A DNA stretch of 63,700 nt, filler included, from Octopus bimaculoides (lineage: Eukaryota): assembly GCF_001194135.2 (NCBI RefSeq). It is 5 parts of 4 records of this genome, joined end to end, with 100 filler letters (N's around TTAATTAATTAA, not from the genome) between each part and the next. Parts side by side here need not be neighbours in the genome. Positions count along the whole stretch, not along the records: positions 33,948 to 54,385 come from NC_068986.1; positions 54,486 to 57,936 come from NC_068983.1; positions 58,037 to 63,700 come from NC_068992.1; 2 more parts are not named here. One strand, 5' to 3'. This document shows positions 50,814 through 63,243 of this stretch, one piece after another (the stretch's first letter is position 1; each line of letters opens with the position of its first letter). A program made the translations under genes and the position numbers. The notes beneath the pieces were generated by a model. The model saw only the letters and a list, made by a program, of their open reading frames with translations, was not told the DNA's origin and did not search any database.

Positions 50814-51293
50814 TGTGTGTGCGTCTTTCTAAGTTCAGATACGTTTGGAGAGGTGTGAAGTGCATCACATAGTACGTCAAAAAGGCGTAAGGGATTTTAA
50901 GCAATGTTCGTACACAGAAAATTAAAGGAAACTGCTTTGGCATGTTTCAAACAGTTTTAACCACTTTTCCGAAGAGAAGTACTTCTTCAGTTTCTGCTTA
51001 CGATGAAAATTTACAGCAAATCGCTATTTAGATCAGTAACAAGCCAGAAATGAATTGACAAAACTAATCTACGTATCGTGCATTTATCGTCGGCGAGATT
51101 GAATAATTAATTGGTATTTATGTACAACATAACGTGTATTAGAGTTCAAGCTAAAACACAACTATAAAACTTTTTGAACACACATTCACACACACACGCG
51201 CACACACGCACGCACATATACACACAAACAAACACACACACACGCACATACACATAAACACACATACGCACACGCACACACACACACACATAC

Positions 51294-51336
<43 letters not shown>

Positions 51337-52093
51337 NNNNNNNNNNNNNNNNNNNNNNNNNNNNNNNNNNNNNNNNNNNNNNNNNNNNNNNNNNNNNNNN
51401 NNNNNNNNNNNNNNNNNNNNNNNNNNNNNNNNNNNNNNNNNNNNNNNNNNNNNNNNNNNNNNNNNNNNNNNNNNNNNNNNNNNNNNNNNNNNNNNNNNNN
51501 NNNNNNNNNNNNNNNNNNNNNNNNNNNNNNNNNNNNNNNNNNNNNNNNNNNNNNNNNNNNNNNNNNNNNNNNNNNNNNNNNNNNNNNNNNNNNNNNNNNN
51601 NNNNNNNNNNNNNNNNNNNNNNNNNNNNNNNNNNNNNNNNNNNNNNNNNNNNNNNNNNNNNNNNNNNNNNNNNNNNNNNNNNNNNNNNNNNNNNNNNNNN
51701 NNNNNNNNNNNNNNNNNNNNNNNNNNNNNNNNNNNNNNNNNNNNNNNNNNNNNNNNNNNNNNNNNNNNNNNNNNNNNNNNNNNNNNNNNNNNNNNNNNNN
51801 NNNNNNNNNNNNNNNNNNNNNNNNNNNNNNNNNNNNNNNNNNNNNNNNNNNNNNNNNNNNNNNNNNNNNNNNNNNNNNNNNNNNNNNNNNNNNNNNNNNN
51901 NNNNNNNNNNNNNNNNNNNNNNNNNNNNNNNNNNNNNNNNNNNNNNNNNNNNNNNNNNNNNNNNNNNNNNNNNNNNNNNNNNNNNNNNNNNNNNNNNNNN
52001 NNNNNNNNNNNNNNNNNNNNNNNNNNNNNNNNNNNNNNNNNNNNNNNNNNNNNNNNNNNNNNNNNNNNNNNNNNNNNNNNNNNNNNNNNNNNN

Positions 52094-52161
52094 AATCCTC
52101 AGCCCCACAAAGACATAGAATTTTAAATTCTAAATTCTATGTCTTTGTGCAGCTGAGGATT
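52094..52161. repeat. Inverted repeat, 30-bp arms with an 8-nt spacer
   Basis: aatcctcagccccacaaagacatagaattt / aaattctatgtctttgtgcagctgaggatt, with two mismatches; begins at a gap edge. Confidence 0.9.
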
Positions 52162-52820
52162 TCTCTGCATTTAAATTGATGTAATGGTTGCATTGTTCAG
52201 TTAAATGTAGTTGCGTGAAACGATCGTACTGCATTGCCTCTGGATATCCTTGTTGCTTATATATATATATATATATAATACGTTATATTGACTTAATGTA
52301 GAAAAGAAATTCCAATCTGATTTACATAGCTCTTCCATGATTCTTAGTAGTGAAATTATAAAAACTGAAGGAGACATACGAAAAAGAAACTACAAACAGA
52401 TTTCCGACGAGGAAAAAGGGTTTTCCAGTAGTGTAGGTATATGTCAATGAAATACACCCATTTTCTTAATTTCCTTGTCCATGAGATATGATAGACGTAG
52501 TATAGGAGGGAACAGACGTGACGCTATTGTCGTAGTTGTATCTTTCGTTGAAGTTCAGTAAATTTCCACCGACAGATGTTACAAAACCTTAGATATGTGT
52601 ATGTGTGAGTATGTGAGAGTACTTTTTGACATTGTCTTGCTCTAGGTGGACCCTGTCTCAGTAAACGTGCGCCACTCATGACCATGCAGCCTTATTTTAT
52701 TTTATTTGTTGCATTATAAGTTATATATATATATATGCTCTCTGCATTCACTAATGTAATCTTATTTTAGACGCTACAGTATACTTTAAGGATATGGCTG
52801 ATATCTAGAATTAAAGTATT

Positions 52821-53060
52821 TCATTCAATTTTGACTGCCAGGAAACGGCTGATTGCTTGCATTGGGTTGACTGCATCAGATTCCGCTTGACTGCCTTCAT
52901 CTGGGTGAATCTGTGCATCCAGTAGACTCTCTCCATCCGTGTGACTACCAGCATCCGATTGACTCCGAGGACCATGCTGAGTGCCTGCATTCGGTTGGAT
53001 ACCAACCTGAATCCGATTGGCTACGTGCATCTGGCTGTCTCTCACAGTTGCTATGGTGAG
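52821..53060 (-). CDS. Candidate terminal coding exon of unknown function
   Basis: Non-repetitive island, more GC-rich than its flanks. The open frame LTIATVRDSQMHVANRIQVGIQPNAGTQHGPRSQSDAGSHTDGESLLDAQIHPDEGSQAESDAVNPMQAISRFLAVKIE* has possible AG acceptors ending at 53061 or 53051, but the polypyrimidine tract is weak. Confidence 0.35.
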   Translation of the reverse strand, partial: LTIATVRDSQMHVANRIQVGIQPNAGTQHGPRSQSDAGSHTDGESLLDAQIHPDEGSQAESDAVNPMQAISRFLAVKIE

Positions 53061-53841
53061 CTGGCTGAGTAGTTACGGCTTCAGACGAAATACGACAATT
53101 ATTAAGGAGACCTGCGCTGTGACTTCAAAATCCCGTCGAGGTCAGCTTTGGCCTTGGGCCTTCAAGAGACGCTGAGTCTAGACCGGTGGATTACCACAGA
53201 AATGAGAGAAATTATTTGTGGTGCTTGTTCTGACATTTTACATCCTGAGTTCAAATCCCACCAGAGCTTATTTGAATAATAGATTTAATCAGTCGTCATG
53301 TTTAACAGTACGAACTGGTCCTTGAGTTATTTTAAGGGAATCGTTCTTCATTGTAAACACTCAGACCAGGTCTCCATTTTGGAGACAACTAACTATTTTC
53401 TATCATAGAAATCCCGGTGTCCCTACAAATTACGATGCTGCAATTCAAACGTTAGTAGCACAATAAATACATTTAACACGGGCTGTAGAGGAAGGTTACT
53501 GGAAAACGAACTGACATTTAGCGTAAAGTAAAAAAAAACAAAAACGAAAAAGAAACGTTCATATCTTCATTTATATACATATATATATATNNNNNNNNNN
53601 NNNNNNNNNNNNNNNNNNNNNNNNNNNNNNNNNNNNNNNNNNNNNNNNNNNNNNNNNNNNNNNNNNNNNNNNNNNNNNNNNNNNNNNNNNNNNNNNNNNN
53701 NNNNNNNNNNNNNNNNNNNNNNNNNNNNNNNNNNNNNNNNNNNNNNNNNNNNNNNNNNNNNNNNNNNNNNNNNNNNNNNNNNNNNNNNNNNNNNNNNNNN
53801 NNNNNNNNNNNNNNNNNNNNNNNNNNNNNNNNNNNNNNNNN

Positions 53842-53892
<51 letters not shown>

Positions 53893-54385
53893 ACGAGAGA
53901 GAGAATTTAGACAGATAGATAGATAGATATGAATCTGAATGGCTAAATTTATATTTCACCGCCAATATATGTGCTCCTGAATGAAACATAAATATACACA
54001 CACGCACACACGCGAACAGACACGCGCACACACACGTGCATACACAGAGGCATACACACATGCATATAAATATATATACACATATTTCTATGTGTGTATA
54101 ATATTGTACAAGTATATATATTCATATATATATGTATAATTTTTTTAATTACCAACCATAAATCTGTCTTACAGGCATACACACACATACGTAAATATAT
54201 ATTTATGTGCATATGTATGTATATAAATGCATGTATATACGTGTGGTGTGAGCGTGTGTATGTTTGTGTGAATGCATGCTTGTATGAATGCATATATATA
54301 TGGAAGGGTATGCGTTTGTATATATAGATATAATGCATATGTGTAAAGCCATATATATATATATATATATTTGTATATATATATA

Positions 54386-54485
54386 NNNNNNNNNNNNNNN
54401 NNNNNNNNNNNNNNNNNNNNNNNNNNNNNTTAATTAATTAANNNNNNNNNNNNNNNNNNNNNNNNNNNNNNNNNNNNNNNNNNNN
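54386..54485. other. Artificial scaffold-joining spacer N44-TTAATTAATTAA-N44
   Basis: Same 100-bp structure. Confidence 0.95.
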
Positions 54486-54596
<111 letters not shown>

Positions 54597-56049
54597 GTCA
54601 TTATTATGGACGCCATGCAGTATAGTCGCGGAAATTTGGATCTCCCTAAGTTGAAATAGTTTCTAAGGCCACGTGTTGTCATTTTTATTGTTACCTTTGC
54701 AATTCTGAGATTGGCTGAACTGCGCAGATAGTACTTTTGTGTGGAAATGCCCCTTGTTTTGATGAGGGGAGGGGGGGCATCAAAAATTTTTGAATTTTAA
54801 CTACTCAATGCAAAAGCAAATATTTTGCAAATTTTCTGTATTTATTTAAACATGGCTGATAAACAAACCATCATAATGTCCGACAAAGGAACACACTCCT
54901 TGTCGAAAAAATTGAGAAGGAGGAAAAATGTGAGAATAAGAATGTCGAATGGCCTTAACTTCATGACGTCACTGAGGTGAATATTGTTTCGTCTCTAAAC
55001 AACAAAAGTTTTGGTGTCGGCAACAAGTACAACAGCAACAGCAGCAGCAGTGGCAACAACAACAACATCAACAACAACGACGACGACAAAAGCAACGATA
55101 ACAACAACAACAATGACAACAGCAACAACAATACGAAAGAAATGAAACATAAAAACGCAAATATTGCCTCCGCTTCTTTTGCGTTTACGGCGGGAAATAT
55201 GGAAATTTTCCACATAGATGAAGAAGAATTAAAATTAGCATGAAAAATTGTAAAAAGAGATGGAAGAATGGTAGCTCTAAACCACACATCCGACATGATA
55301 TAAAATATTGCAAGATGCACGGTAACATATCGTTGTATCGGAGTCAAGTCTCGGCCTGTGGAAAATGCTCCTAAGAGTGAAACACAATGTGTTAACTAGA
55401 ACGACTCATGTACTGAGAAAAGCATTATCGCTGTGAAAACAACATTCATTCATGAATTTACTTACTTATTTATTTTTAAATACATATTTTACCTGTGAAT
55501 TTGCGTGTGTAAACTGGAATGCTTTTGGTCATAAATTCAGTTGCAAAGAGTTAACTTGAAACTCAACAACAACTTTCGATGTTAAATTTCTACACTAACA
55601 TTACTATTATTAAGATTCCATAGGAGCTGGTGGGAGAAAATTGGGAATTCAAGATTTCTAGCACAAAGATTTTTCGGGATTAGGTGGGTGCTCCATGTGC
55701 TAACAAGTTTCTAACACCAAAGAGAAATAATGAAAAGAAACAAAAATTTAAATAAATCCGTTATTATTAAAAAAAAAGGCAGTAATTTTAAAGTTGTATT
55801 TCAGTTGTGGTCAAGATCTCTTGTCAAATTAAGGTCCAATGTTCAATATGTAGTACGTTAAATGCAGTTTAAAACATTGGTTCTTCTTCTCCAACAGCGT
55901 TAGTTAAGATAGATACAATCGTTTTTCTCTCATAATTTTATAATAGTAGAAATATTTCAATTTTTATTTGTTGTCTTTCTCCCTCTAAAATGTTACTAAC
56001 TTGCATAGAATAGCAAATAGAACAGTGTGCGCCTGATGATATTCCAGAT

Positions 56050-56545
56050 GCCAGTCGTTGGAATGTCGTCAGGAGCTCACTCCTCTCTGCCAGTCGGGCA
56101 ATTCGGTCAGAGGAAAGCCTGCGATAGTAATATATAACAACATCTAGTAGACGGTAAGAACGATTATATTCTTGGAGAAACTCTTGGCTTCGATGAATGT
56201 GAACTATTTCAAGCCTGGAACTACAATAGCTAACTCCTAAAAACCCCTGACATGGCAGTGCTACCGCGAAGCACTCTCAGTTCAATACAAACTCTTCAGG
56301 CACGGAAGGGCTGTCATGCAGAATTGTCCGGCGTGAACGAAGATGGACGAAACCGTTCACTATGTACTCGTGCAGTTTCAGAGTATTACTAACATATGGA
56401 GGTATGGGACAAATGTGACTATTGGTTGAATACATTGTGTGAATCACCTTACCACCCATCTTTAACAAGTCAGGGCGGCCATTGTTGCTCTGTCTAGTGG
56501 TCATGTGGTAGACGAAAGCCTTGAAGTAAGACACTTTCATAATAG
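56050..56545 (+). pseudogene. L1/Tx1-clade LINE ORF2 C-terminal fragment, decayed
   Basis: LECRQELTPLCQSGN, LVDGKNDYILGETLGFDE and KPLTWQCYREALSVQYKLFRHGRAVMQNCPA*TKMDETVHYVLVQ (decayed zinc knuckle). It links the 63244-63700 unit and the 4625-5410 fragment to one family. Confidence 0.7.
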
Positions 56546-57374
56546 TCATTATTATTAAATTTCACTGCACAGTATAGATAGAAGCTGGTGTTTTTTTGTT
56601 GCTGTTTTCCTCATAATATTTAACTGCAGTCAAGACTATCAATAAATAAATAAATAAATAGGCTTTCAGACAGAAAATAATTTGTGGGTGTATGAGCTGC
56701 AAGAAGAAGAATGAATTTTGGATCTCACATATATCTGTTTCGTGTTCAATTTTTGGCGGATTACTCTAAATATCCAGATGTTGACGGTTAAATTTTTCAC
56801 TTTCGCTACTGCACATCCATGCAATTAGATCACCATATTTCGGGATATTTTCTATCTACTTGTCTGCTAACTTTCTCTCTAAAAGTATTGCTACTTAATT
56901 TGAAAGACACTCACTTTTTATGTTATGCCTAATGATACCTGATCTTATACTTGCAGATAGATGGACTCCAGTGGATTTAGATGTCTAGACACTGCAGATT
57001 GTGACGCTGTTGCTAGCAATCTATTAGGAGATGGAAGAACACCAAATCACAGATCATATGTCATAAATATTAGACATTTTAAACAGAAAGCAGAAATAGA
57101 ATCCGGGGATGTCTTGCTGGTCGCTTAACCGTGTTATTAACTACTATCAAGTTCCCTGCTAATTTAATTTAAAATGTTAAGCATGTAAATCGATCGATTT
57201 CTTAATCGTATTTTTTATAATCTTTCTTAATTGTACTGCTTCTATTTAGTAATCAAGATATCAAGATATTAAAGCATAAAGGTGTATTATCGGTATGGAG
57301 GTGAAGCGATCTCATTGACAAATCAATGGTTAGAGTGATATATAGCTCTATTTAATCAGTGTTATTTTTGATTA

Positions 57375-57765
57375 GTGGAGGCGCAATGGCCTAGTGGTTA
57401 GGGCAGCGGACTCGCAGTCATAGGATCGCGGTTTCAATTCCCACACCAGGCGTTGTGAGTGTTTATTGAGAAAAACACCTAAAGCTCCACGAGGCTCCGG
57501 CAGGGGATGGTGGCGAACCCTGCTGTACTCTTTCACCACGGCTTTCTCTCACTCTTTCCTCCTGTTTCTGTTGTACCTGTATTTCAAAGAGCCAGCCTTG
57601 TCACACTGTGTCACGCTGAATATCCCCGAGAACTACGTTAAGGGTACACGTGTCTGCGGAATACTCAGCCACTTGCACGTTAATTTCATGAGCAGGCTGT
57701 TCCGTTGATCGGATCAACTGGAACCCTCGACATCATAAGCGACGGAGTGCCAACAACAACAACAA
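57375..57765 (+). mobile_element. SINE family A, full length, 12-bp TSD, (CAA)n tail
   Basis: TSD TATTTTTGATTA at 57363-57374 and 57766-57777. tRNA-like head TGGCCTAGTGG and GGTTTCAATTCCC. Confidence 0.92.
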
Positions 57766-57936
57766 TATTTTTGATTATATGAGATACTGTCATTTAAGCT
57801 GCTGTTATGACTGGATAGAACACCCTAACATACTCTGTTATATATGCTGTTTAATATAGAGCTGTTTTTCGAAGCGATATTTGCAACAGAATATATGCAA
57901 CGAAGAACATTCGACACGGAGACATAATTCCATTTT

Positions 57937-58036
57937 NNNNNNNNNNNNNNNNNNNNNNNNNNNNNNNNNNNNNNNNNNNNTTAATTAATTAANNNNNNNN
58001 NNNNNNNNNNNNNNNNNNNNNNNNNNNNNNNNNNNN
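57937..58036. other. Artificial scaffold-joining spacer N44-TTAATTAATTAA-N44
   Basis: Same 100-bp structure. Confidence 0.95.
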
Positions 58037-58067
<31 letters not shown>

Positions 58068-58323
58068 TACATACATACATAAATATATACATATACACAT
58101 ACATATATATATATATATAGACATACATATCATTACATATATATATATACATATATATGTATACTTATATATACATATATACATATATAAGCATACACAT
58201 ATATATATACATATATATGTACACACACACACACACACGTGTGTGTGTGCGTGCGTGTGCGTGCGTGTGTGCTTGTGTGTGTGTGTGTATGTGTGTGTGT
58301 GTGTGTGTGTGCGCACAAACACA

Positions 58324-59550
58324 CTAGCTGAATAGCCCGTCGTTGCGAGGCAATTTTTACAGTAGAATGTCTTATATAAATTTTTATTTCATCAATATCA
58401 GAGCATGCCTTCCCCGAAAGATAGGCTTCTTGACCAGGATAGATATGTGCAATTTCGCCAAAAGAATTCTGTGAGTATTTTTTGCCTTTTAAAATTATTT
58501 ACATGTCCGTTTCGCATAACTTTATTCATTAAAGCTTCAAAAAATATTACAATGGTTTTCTTTGTAATGATTTACTTTCGTTTAATTAATAAAAGTTCCT
58601 ACTCCTAATGATCGTGCTTGTATTTCGTGATGCAGAAAATGCCAGCTATCAAGCTGCTATGATGCAGAAAATGCCAGCGATCGTGCAGTTATGATGTAGA
58701 CAATGCCAGCTTCCATATTCTGTTTTCTGTTTTAAGTAAAACTGATGAAATTTAAAAGTTAGTAACATTCTTATGAAAATTTTCTGGAACAAATACATAG
58801 CAAAATTGGATTTAACGTGGAAAAGTATTTGAATATACCAAATTTGAACATTTTGGCGTAATTCGTCAATCTCGCAATATGTGACACCATCAGGATTGGC
58901 CATACAAACGTTCAGAGACAGACAGTTATTGGATGTGACACACCGCGCGCGCAAACACACATATTTACAAACATACACACAGGTAATCATGTGTTTAAAA
59001 TGGTGTGTAGTGGAGATATGTATATATATTTGTATGTATATATATGTATGCATGTGTGTATCTTTGTGTGAGTGTTTCTTTGCGACGGAAATCAGAAAAG
59101 CCACCTACTCTCTCTCATTAAAGATACGTATTCCTCACACCCACTTTACTGTGTGTGTGCATGCACGTGTGACAGTGTGCGTGTACATGTGTGTTCGAGT
59201 GTGTGTTGCATCTGTGTATTTACGAAAGCATGTATGCAGTGTCGCGTGTGTATAACAGCCATTTCATCGTTAACATCCCCATGCCACCACTGTTCTCACC
59301 TTCACTGATATAAGTCACATTCTCTCTGCTACTTACCTTTTCCTTAATCTAACATATTCTGTACCCTTCCATTTTTCATATAATTCGACCATCGCCCCTG
59401 GGGGGAACATTATGATTTTTTATTGAAATCCAATTAGCCTGTTGTTGAACTGAATATTAGTGTAACATGTATGCAAAGTTTCGTGTATATTGGTTCGCTG
59501 GGTTAAGCACTATGATGGTAACAGGCAAACATTCTCATTTATATATTAAA
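58324..59550 (+). mobile_element. Possible non-autonomous Helitron/Helentron-like (HINE/DINE-1-type) element
   Basis: 5' ctagctgaatagcccgtcgttgc and 3' catgtatgcaaagtttcgtg...aaacattctcatttatatatta resemble HINE termini as I recall them. It contains an internal 32-bp minisatellite and microsatellite. Boundaries are uncertain. Confidence 0.35.
58618..58710. repeat. 32-bp-period minisatellite, 3 copies
   Basis: gatgcagaaaatgccagc at 58629 and 58661, with a variant at 58693. Confidence 0.85.
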
Positions 59551-59574
59551 TATGTTTCTTTCTCTTCCTCTCTG

Positions 59575-59604
<30 letters not shown>

Positions 59605-59607
<3 letters not shown>

Positions 59608-59758
59608 TTCTTTCCTTGTTTCTTTCTGTATTCCTTTCTGTGGAACAGCGTAGGATCGAAACATTAAAGACTTTTTCACTTTCGGAGCGTTATACTAATA
59701 CATCTGTTTGTTGTCAACACCAGCTTTCTTCGTCTTTTGTTTTTTTGTGAACTCTCCT
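59605..59758 (+). mobile_element. Repeat family E copy
   Basis: cctttctgtggaacagcgtaggatcgaaacattaaagactttttcac...gagcgttatactaatacatctg. Confidence 0.8.
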
Positions 59759-60723
59759 TCAGGAGTGGCAACAAAAAAAAGAAAGAGACCTCAATATTAA
59801 GCAAATAGAGGAATGTATCTGTGAAAATATGCTACTGAATAAGTGTCACATATTTATATATATATATATATATATACACATGTATATATCTGTATATACA
59901 TATATATGTATGTATATATGTATATAAATATAAATTTATATATACATATATAGATAGATAGATAGATAGATAGATAGATTTTGCTTATGTTTTCAAAATT
60001 CACTGCAAAATTTTTGTTTAGAGCATTTGAGTAGTTGCAAAATCCTGAAAGAAAAGTTAATATAATGATTGATGTAGCAATAATATTCAAATCCGATTCA
60101 CGACGTTTCCTGTAAACTATTTCAATCTATCCTACGATGAAGCTGAAATATGATTCTCCCTGTGTGGTCATTGGGAATTATAATATATACTTTCCAGTAA
60201 ATAGAGATAAATATCAACAGAATGAATGACGAACTTGGAGAGATGGAGAGAGTAAGAGATATAAGAGGAGAACGATAAAGACCGAAGCTGCAAATAAGAG
60301 AGAAGAAAATATTATAATTTAAATACCTACAAATCAGAATAAAGCAAGGACACCTATATTCGTGTTGATTTATTTCATAGGAATAAATTTCATAGAGGCA
60401 GGGATATAAGAATTAATCTTTTCTATTAATATATATATATATATATATATANNNNNNNNNNNNNNNNNNNNNNNNNNNNNNNNCAACGTTAATTAGATAT
60501 AGTTTCAAAATGAACCGAGATTAAAGTAAATGTTTGACAGTAAAACATTAGAATCATCTGACGCTAGTGTTGTGTAGCATGGGTTCCCAAGCAACAAAAA
60601 GGTACGACCTTCACTTCCACTTAGCCGAATAAAGAATCTCAGCATGCGCACCTATATATAAATATAACAGAATTAGTGGTTTTGTAAATGTATATTGATG
60701 TATACTTAGTTATGTACATACTT

Positions 60724-60762
<39 letters not shown>

Positions 60763-61099
60763 TATATGTGTGTGTGTGTGTGTGCGTGTGTGTGTATGTG
60801 AGAGAGAGTATGCATTAGGTTTTCTAATAGTTTTTCTGTACCAAATGTTACAAATTAACTCATAAGATTCTGGTCGACCTGACACTATGCACATAGGTTG
60901 ATAGATAGATAGAGAGTGAGAGAGAGTGAGAGACAGACAGACAGACACACAGACAGGCAGACAGATAGACACATAAGCAGACAGACAAACAGATACATAG
61001 ATAGACAGACAGACATACATACGGATAGATATATCGATAAAGAGATAGATAAATAGATAGATAAGTAGACAGATAGATAGATAGATTGAGTACAAGGTG

Positions 61100-61375
61100 G
61101 AATATGTTTAAGATACATCTTGCAGATATTCTGGGATGCAGACTCAGTGACGTGTCTGGAGTCTCAGGCGGTTTCGGGTCCTTGAACATCAGAAACCCTC
61201 AGCAATTTGACCGAGTCGGATTTGATCAAAACTCAGCTTGCATCATCAAAGCAGAATACCTCAGGTCTGGCCTTTTTAACCAAAGTGTCCTCGTGGTCTT
61301 CTCAGCTACTTCGATGATGGAATTTATAGCCCTTCTCTTCGCTGTACCAGTAACTCTAAGCCTAGTCAGACAATA
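61100..61375 (-). pseudogene. HERO-clade (REL) non-LTR retrotransposon, 3' end
   Basis: Minus RVTGTAKRRAINSIIEVAEKTTRTLWLKR (stop at 61226-61228), followed by a UTR with gacccgaaac...gactccag...tcactga, matches the HERO terminus I recall (GxAKRRAI...AE..SRWLWxKR). Confidence 0.7.
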
Positions 61376-61677
61376 AAGATGCAGTAATGTTGCAGCAAAC
61401 ATTTAGTAAAGATGAGTAATGTGAAGTGATGAGTAAACTTTAAGCTAGAGTTTATATGTCTCACGGCAAGTCATATTTCTTGTGGTAGGTAAAACACATA
61501 GACATCGCCACACGATTTCAATCTTATCACATTTTATCCCATTTAAGAATATACGAGCAATGGATTATGCGTCTGAATAGAAATAGAACTCAAACCAACA
61601 AAAATCAACCCTTCTTTTACTCTGAGAAAATGCTCGGACAATACTGGGTTCCTTTGCTAGTGTGTATGTGTGTGTGC

Positions 61678-61746
<69 letters not shown>

Positions 61747-62114
61747 TAGTAGTAGTAGTAGTAGTAGTAGATATACATCCGTTCATAAATACGTATGTAT
61801 ATATTCTTAAATAAGTGTCAGCGTTTGCACGTTTGTATATATCTATATACGATGCGTACTTAATATTTCAATTGTTTAACAAATTGTTGAAAAGATCAAA
61901 TTATTGTTATGGTAAACTCAATATTCTTCGTAGAAACAAATTTCAGCCTCACGTTTGAGTTCACAGATTTGTTCAACTTGTCGATTCAATCGGCTATATT
62001 TTAAAGTTTTAGCCAGCAATAAAGGGAAACATTCGATGTTACAGTTAACTCATATATGAAATAGATGACCGGGTGAGAGGGAAACAAAGGGAAGGATAGA
62101 GAGAACACATAGAG

Positions 62115-62151
<37 letters not shown>

Positions 62152-62254
62152 CATAGATAGATAGGTAGGTAGGTAGGTAAGTAGGTAGGTAGATAGATAG
62201 ACACAGATAGATTGATTGATAGATAGATAGACACTGTGCGGTAGACGCAGAGAT

Positions 62255-62331
62255 ATCTTTTTATTATAGCCACACAGGGCTAAATACAGAAAATGGACAA
62301 ATTACAAAGTAGAGCTTTTCTTGCGGGGGGG
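62255..62331 (-). mobile_element. Probable Tx1-type LINE extreme 3' end
   Basis: Minus ...ttgtaatttgtccattttctgtatttagccctgtgtggctataataaaaaga resembles the 3' end at 5412-5470. It is on the same strand as the ORF2-like unit across the 912-N gap. Confidence 0.5.
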
Positions 62332-63243
62332 NNNNNNNNNNNNNNNNNNNNNNNNNNNNNNNNNNNNNNNNNNNNNNNNNNNNNNNNNNNNNNNNNNNNN
62401 NNNNNNNNNNNNNNNNNNNNNNNNNNNNNNNNNNNNNNNNNNNNNNNNNNNNNNNNNNNNNNNNNNNNNNNNNNNNNNNNNNNNNNNNNNNNNNNNNNNN
62501 NNNNNNNNNNNNNNNNNNNNNNNNNNNNNNNNNNNNNNNNNNNNNNNNNNNNNNNNNNNNNNNNNNNNNNNNNNNNNNNNNNNNNNNNNNNNNNNNNNNN
62601 NNNNNNNNNNNNNNNNNNNNNNNNNNNNNNNNNNNNNNNNNNNNNNNNNNNNNNNNNNNNNNNNNNNNNNNNNNNNNNNNNNNNNNNNNNNNNNNNNNNN
62701 NNNNNNNNNNNNNNNNNNNNNNNNNNNNNNNNNNNNNNNNNNNNNNNNNNNNNNNNNNNNNNNNNNNNNNNNNNNNNNNNNNNNNNNNNNNNNNNNNNNN
62801 NNNNNNNNNNNNNNNNNNNNNNNNNNNNNNNNNNNNNNNNNNNNNNNNNNNNNNNNNNNNNNNNNNNNNNNNNNNNNNNNNNNNNNNNNNNNNNNNNNNN
62901 NNNNNNNNNNNNNNNNNNNNNNNNNNNNNNNNNNNNNNNNNNNNNNNNNNNNNNNNNNNNNNNNNNNNNNNNNNNNNNNNNNNNNNNNNNNNNNNNNNNN
63001 NNNNNNNNNNNNNNNNNNNNNNNNNNNNNNNNNNNNNNNNNNNNNNNNNNNNNNNNNNNNNNNNNNNNNNNNNNNNNNNNNNNNNNNNNNNNNNNNNNNN
63101 NNNNNNNNNNNNNNNNNNNNNNNNNNNNNNNNNNNNNNNNNNNNNNNNNNNNNNNNNNNNNNNNNNNNNNNNNNNNNNNNNNNNNNNNNNNNNNNNNNNN
63201 NNNNNNNNNNNNNNNNNNNNNNNNNNNNNNNNNNNNNNNNNNN

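Noticed and set aside
58618-58710. Repeat-spacer pattern resembling a mini CRISPR
   Set aside because: Eukaryotic context, only three units, short and partly similar spacers, and no cas genes. It is an ordinary minisatellite.
61086-61376. 96-aa plus-strand ORF that looks like an exon
   Set aside because: It is the antisense of the HERO retrotransposon C-terminus and 3' UTR.
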